Assembly (NCBI RefSeq): GCF_003704095.1
Contig: NW_020846470.1
Span: forward strand, 19,971 to 41,883
Length of the DNA stretch: 21,913 nucleotides
Source: Pocillopora damicornis
Taxonomy: Eukaryota
Direction of reading: 5' to 3'
In this document: one piece after another, positions 19,104 through 21,913 of the stretch
Position numbering within the stretch: position 1 is the stretch's first letter
How the letters are laid out: each line of letters begins with the position of its first letter
Notes under the pieces: generated by a model
What the model was told of the DNA's origin: nothing
The model's input: the letters and a program-made list of their open reading frames with translations, nothing else
The model's database searches: none
Program-made: the position numbers and the translations under genes

Positions 19104-19268
19104 CTGAGTTACTTCTTCTAAGGCCTTGTCACGTGTCCACGGAGCCACGGTGCCTGGGAGAGAGAAACAGATGTGTTCGCCGTCCACTGTTAATTCAGTG
19201 ACATAAGTTATCTTGATTAATACTTGAGCACCGGGAGGAAGGTTTCCAACACTGACTGTAAACACATC
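19104..19268 (-). CDS. VIT/VWA gene exon (VIT core): DVFTVSVGNLPPGAQVLIKITYVTELTVDGEHICFSLPGTVAPWTRDKALEEVTQ (phase 0-0)
   Basis: Acceptor tatttactcag|GAT. Strong match to the recalled VWA5A segment DVFSCNVGNLQPGSKAAVTLKYVQELPLEADGALRFVLPAVLNPRY. The 3' end is either CAG|GTCATG (19104) or GAA|GTAACT (19113); both leave phase 0. Confidence 0.75.
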
Positions 19269-19736
19269 CTGAGTAAATATGAAATAAGCAAGAGAAATAT
19301 GAGATATAAATAAAGGGTGGGATCTTATTAGCGTTACCTTGAGGAACCCAGAGAATTCGGAGAAAGGGGGCGACATGTTGTGGTGGTGGCGCAGTCTTAC
19401 TCCATATAACAACAAATGAACATTTACTCTAAAGATTCTACGTTTCAAGAAATCTACGAGGAGGTAATCCCTCTCGGCCACCACTAAAGCTATCGACGAT
19501 TACCTTTATCTCAAAATAGAAAAGACTTCGCTACAAAGCTGGAGGTGTACGAATTGCATGATAGCCAAAACTTTGTTTGAAGGAGACAGGATAACTAAAA
19601 AAATATAATCTTTTCGAAGTTTTAGACCTATAAATTCTTCTTGTGTTCACTCAATTCAAATGAGCAACTTCAATATCACAACACAACGTAGATGAAGTTT
19701 CGTGGTTGAAAAACAGGTGGAAAACACGTTACCTAC

Positions 19737-19870
19737 CGGAGTTTCCTCGTCCATAAGGTAGGCCCCATGCCCCTTGCTGATGGCTTCCCTATATTCTTTG
19801 TGCGCTTGTTCTTTTTCCTTCACTTCACCAACGATATGCTTACCATTGATGAACGCCTCAAAACCACAAA
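19737..19870 (-). CDS. VIT/VWA gene exon: (V)CGFEAFINGKHIVGEVKEKEQAHKEYREAISKGHGAYLMDEETP (phase 1 in, 0 out)
   Basis: Acceptor ctggtcatag|TT, donor ACTCCG|GTAGGT. Aligns with the recalled VWA5A segment YSFEALVDGKKIVAELQDKMKARTNYEKAISQGHQAFLLEGDSSSR. Confidence 0.8.
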
Positions 19871-20229
19871 CTATGACCAGAAGGACGTCGACAGAGAAGG
19901 TATGTTAAACTTCTATTCAACAGTACTTCGGGAGCTTTTTAAACCCCGTTAAGATAAAACAGCGGGCCCGATTCGTCGGCAACGTGAACCCTTAATTTTG
20001 AATTCATTCTCTCAACCAAAACAAGGGAAAAAACTATTACAGAGAAGTGAATCTCCTGGATAATATGAGAATCCAACAAAGTTTACCCCTCAACTATAAC
20101 CACAAGTCCGAAGGTCATCTGCCGTAGCCAAGATACAAATTACAGGAGTTCGAAAGTTCATCACACAAGTTTTTTAAAAAGAGTTTCGAATTTTTCTATA
20201 AACTATCAGGCCGTCGACTAAAGACAAAC

Positions 20230-20314
20230 CTGCTGCCATGTCGTCGAGAGGGAAAACGTATTTAGCTTCTATGGGCGTCGAGCTGTTATTGCTGTACTCT
20301 TGAAAAACTATCAC
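20230..20314 (-). CDS. VIT/VWA gene exon 2: VIVFQEYSNNSSTPIEAKYVFPLDDMAA(G) (phase 0 in, 1 out)
   Basis: Acceptor T20-accacag|GTG, donor GCAG|GTTTGTC. Aligns with the recalled VWA5A segment ATLNYENEEKVPLEAFFVFPMDEDSA. Confidence 0.75.
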
Positions 20315-20321
20315 CTGTGGT

Positions 20322-20341
20322 AAAAAAAAAAAAAAAAAAAA
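20322..20341. repeat. A20 homopolymer
   Basis: Direct run of 20 A; serves as the minus-strand polypyrimidine tract of the exon 2 acceptor. Confidence 0.9.
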
Positions 20342-20448
20342 GAATATAAAAATGATTTGTAAGCTTATAATCGCCAAAAATTCAAACAGCTCTTGGAGAG
20401 AGACGATAGGAGCTACGTCACGCTTCCTGCATCTTAAACTAGATCGCT

Positions 20449-20589
20449 TGCAATCCGTAGTCAAAAAAAAAAACATTTACTCTAAACTAAGATTATGTAA
20501 TCTTAGTTTAGTCTTGCTTCTCTGGTGTTTTCCTGTCTAATCAAACTAATCATTAGTCATTACTAATCATTACTAATTTGCAATCCGTG
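20449..20589. mobile_element. MITE-like small element (~117 bp) with a perfect 14-bp-arm palindrome, flanked by an 11-bp direct repeat
   Basis: ttgcaatccgt at 20449-20459 and 20577-20587. Internal palindrome ctaaactaagatta-tg-taatcttagtttag. Also holds the tandem tcattactaa x2. Confidence 0.35.
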
Positions 20590-20834
20590 TCAATCTGCGC
20601 CATCCTTGACCATACTTCTCCCTCTTGGTTTATCTTCTTCCCTTCGATGTTTTTCCACCTTGCCGATCTAATATTTTGTAGCCTTCTTCAAGATGAAATT
20701 GATTTTTCGCGCCCAGAAACCGGAAAAAATGTGACATAATATCACAGATCGCGATGCAGCTCAATCAGAAAGGGAATGAATGATGTAGCCTACCAAATAA
20801 GCTTAATCAAATTTTCCTCGGCAATTTGACCAAC

Positions 20835-20951
20835 CTGAGCCGCCAAATCCAACAGCCTAGCTCTAATATGAACTGACTGCAACGGGATGGACTTGTCTCC
20901 AGTTCCCTTAAGTCCTGCCTCAACTTTAGTCAGAGGATCCACAATTGACAT
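20835..20951 (-). CDS. VIT/VWA gene first coding exon with start codon: MSIVDPLTKVEAGLKGTGDKSIPLQSVHIRARLLDLAAQ
   Basis: First in-frame ATG after an upstream in-frame TGA. Donor GCTCAG|GTTGGTC. Aligns with the recalled VWA5A N-terminus GLLTLHREPVPLKSISVSVNIYEFVAGVS. Confidence 0.7.
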
Positions 20952-21913
20952 CACATCCGTTAGGACTACACTGCCGCGATGGTCTAGGAAAAAGCATTTG
21001 AAATCAGTTCAAAACTCTAGTTACATTTTCAACTATTGTAAGAACATGCTTAAAAGCAATAACAAATAGAAAATAGACTCATATCGCAATTTATTATCCA
21101 TAATATAATTGAATAACAGCGACCTGTCACCTTAATTTTAGAAACCTACATAAAAATGTCAAAATGGAGGACGTTCATTCAATACCTTCGGGAGCAGCTT
21201 CCGAGCTATCATCGAAAAACCCGCTATCAATCGAGGCATCATCTCGATCAGCGACTACAACATCACCACGCAACACAAACTCAACCAGATATCTGCAAAA
21301 AAATGGAAATTTTTAAAGATCTTTGGACAGATATTTTACACACACGTATCGTAAATAAAGGTTATAGTTCTAAAAAAAGTATCAAATAAATCTGGCCCTG
21401 CATAACTGCCGAGGCTTAACGCACTTTTTTTTTTAGCATTACGTGACTTAGGGTAGTAAACAGCCTCAAGTAAGCTCCCTAACAACTCTGGGAAGGAAGA
21501 GAGACTGTATCACTTCAGGCTTTGCCAGAAACGAAAAATCGTTTCCCGGCCAAAGCTTGGCCTCAGTTTATTTTACAGATCCAGAATTGATCAAGATGCA
21601 CCGTCTCTTTTTAATATGAATCTATTATCCAACAAACAAATACCGAGAATGGAAAATCTTATCAAGAAAATATGTGTTGATATAACACCAAATCCTCCCA
21701 ACTAATTTAAAAGAAAATGTAAAGCAGTTTATGAATCAGATCTATGAAGTCCTCTTAACTGCAACCCTCAAAGCTAGGTGATGGACACCAAGCACTGTTA
21801 CAGTTACCTTATTTTCTGTTGGTTCCCGTTGTAGATGGCAAACTCGTCGTCCTGAAGAGCAATCAAAGTGCTCTGTGAGCAAACTCGTGAATTGACACAT
21901 GATTTTTTAGATT

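Noticed and set aside
1-21913. Prokaryotic-style features (operons, CRISPR arrays, RBS-led ORFs)
   Set aside because: The sequence has GT-AG introns, polypyrimidine tracts, metazoan gene families and microsatellites. No CRISPR-like regular repeat-spacer array is present.

Overview
Eukaryotic (metazoan-type) genomic DNA, AT-rich, with GT-AG introns, microsatellites and poly-A tracts; nothing prokaryotic such as CRISPR or operons. Almost all recognisable content is on the minus strand. (1) A large multi-exon gene encoding a VIT + von Willebrand A domain protein of the VWA5A / inter-alpha-trypsin-inhibitor family. Its start codon is near 20951 and its exons run down through the whole window. The first ten exons (20951 to 13497) form a phase-consistent chain with clear similarity to recalled human VWA5A motifs (PVPLKSISV, FPxxxxA, DVFxxxVGNLxPG, DxSxSM, FNxxxFGS, FPxxxKYTxQT). 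3' exons with good splice sites were then found at 8973-4473. (2) Two intronless, diverged paralogous genes of the PAQR family (class II, membrane-progestin-receptor-like; motifs NETxNxWSH, SxxxH, DYxxI, GQSHNxxHxL). They lie at 10801-11928 and 14791-15903 in the same orientation, nested inside introns of the VIT/VWA gene. (3) At the 3' end of the VIT/VWA gene (window start) a tandem array of a ~1.6-kb repeat unit (about 1.9 copies plus a diverged exon-only relic at 3321-3490). Each unit carries a homologous, symmetric (phase 1-1) acidic cassette-like exon with conserved splice sites. The unit junction contains a 45-bp inverted repeat, and each unit holds an internal ~20-bp sub-repeat cluster. 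(4) Intronic tRNA-derived fragments include a degenerate tRNA-Ile-like copy followed by a T7 tract and flanked by 16-bp direct repeats. (5) A small MITE-like hairpin element, microsatellites and poly-A tracts. The central VWA exons (roughly between 13497 and 8973) could not be fully resolved by eye. All coordinates and homologies come from manual reading and recalled protein sequences, without database search.
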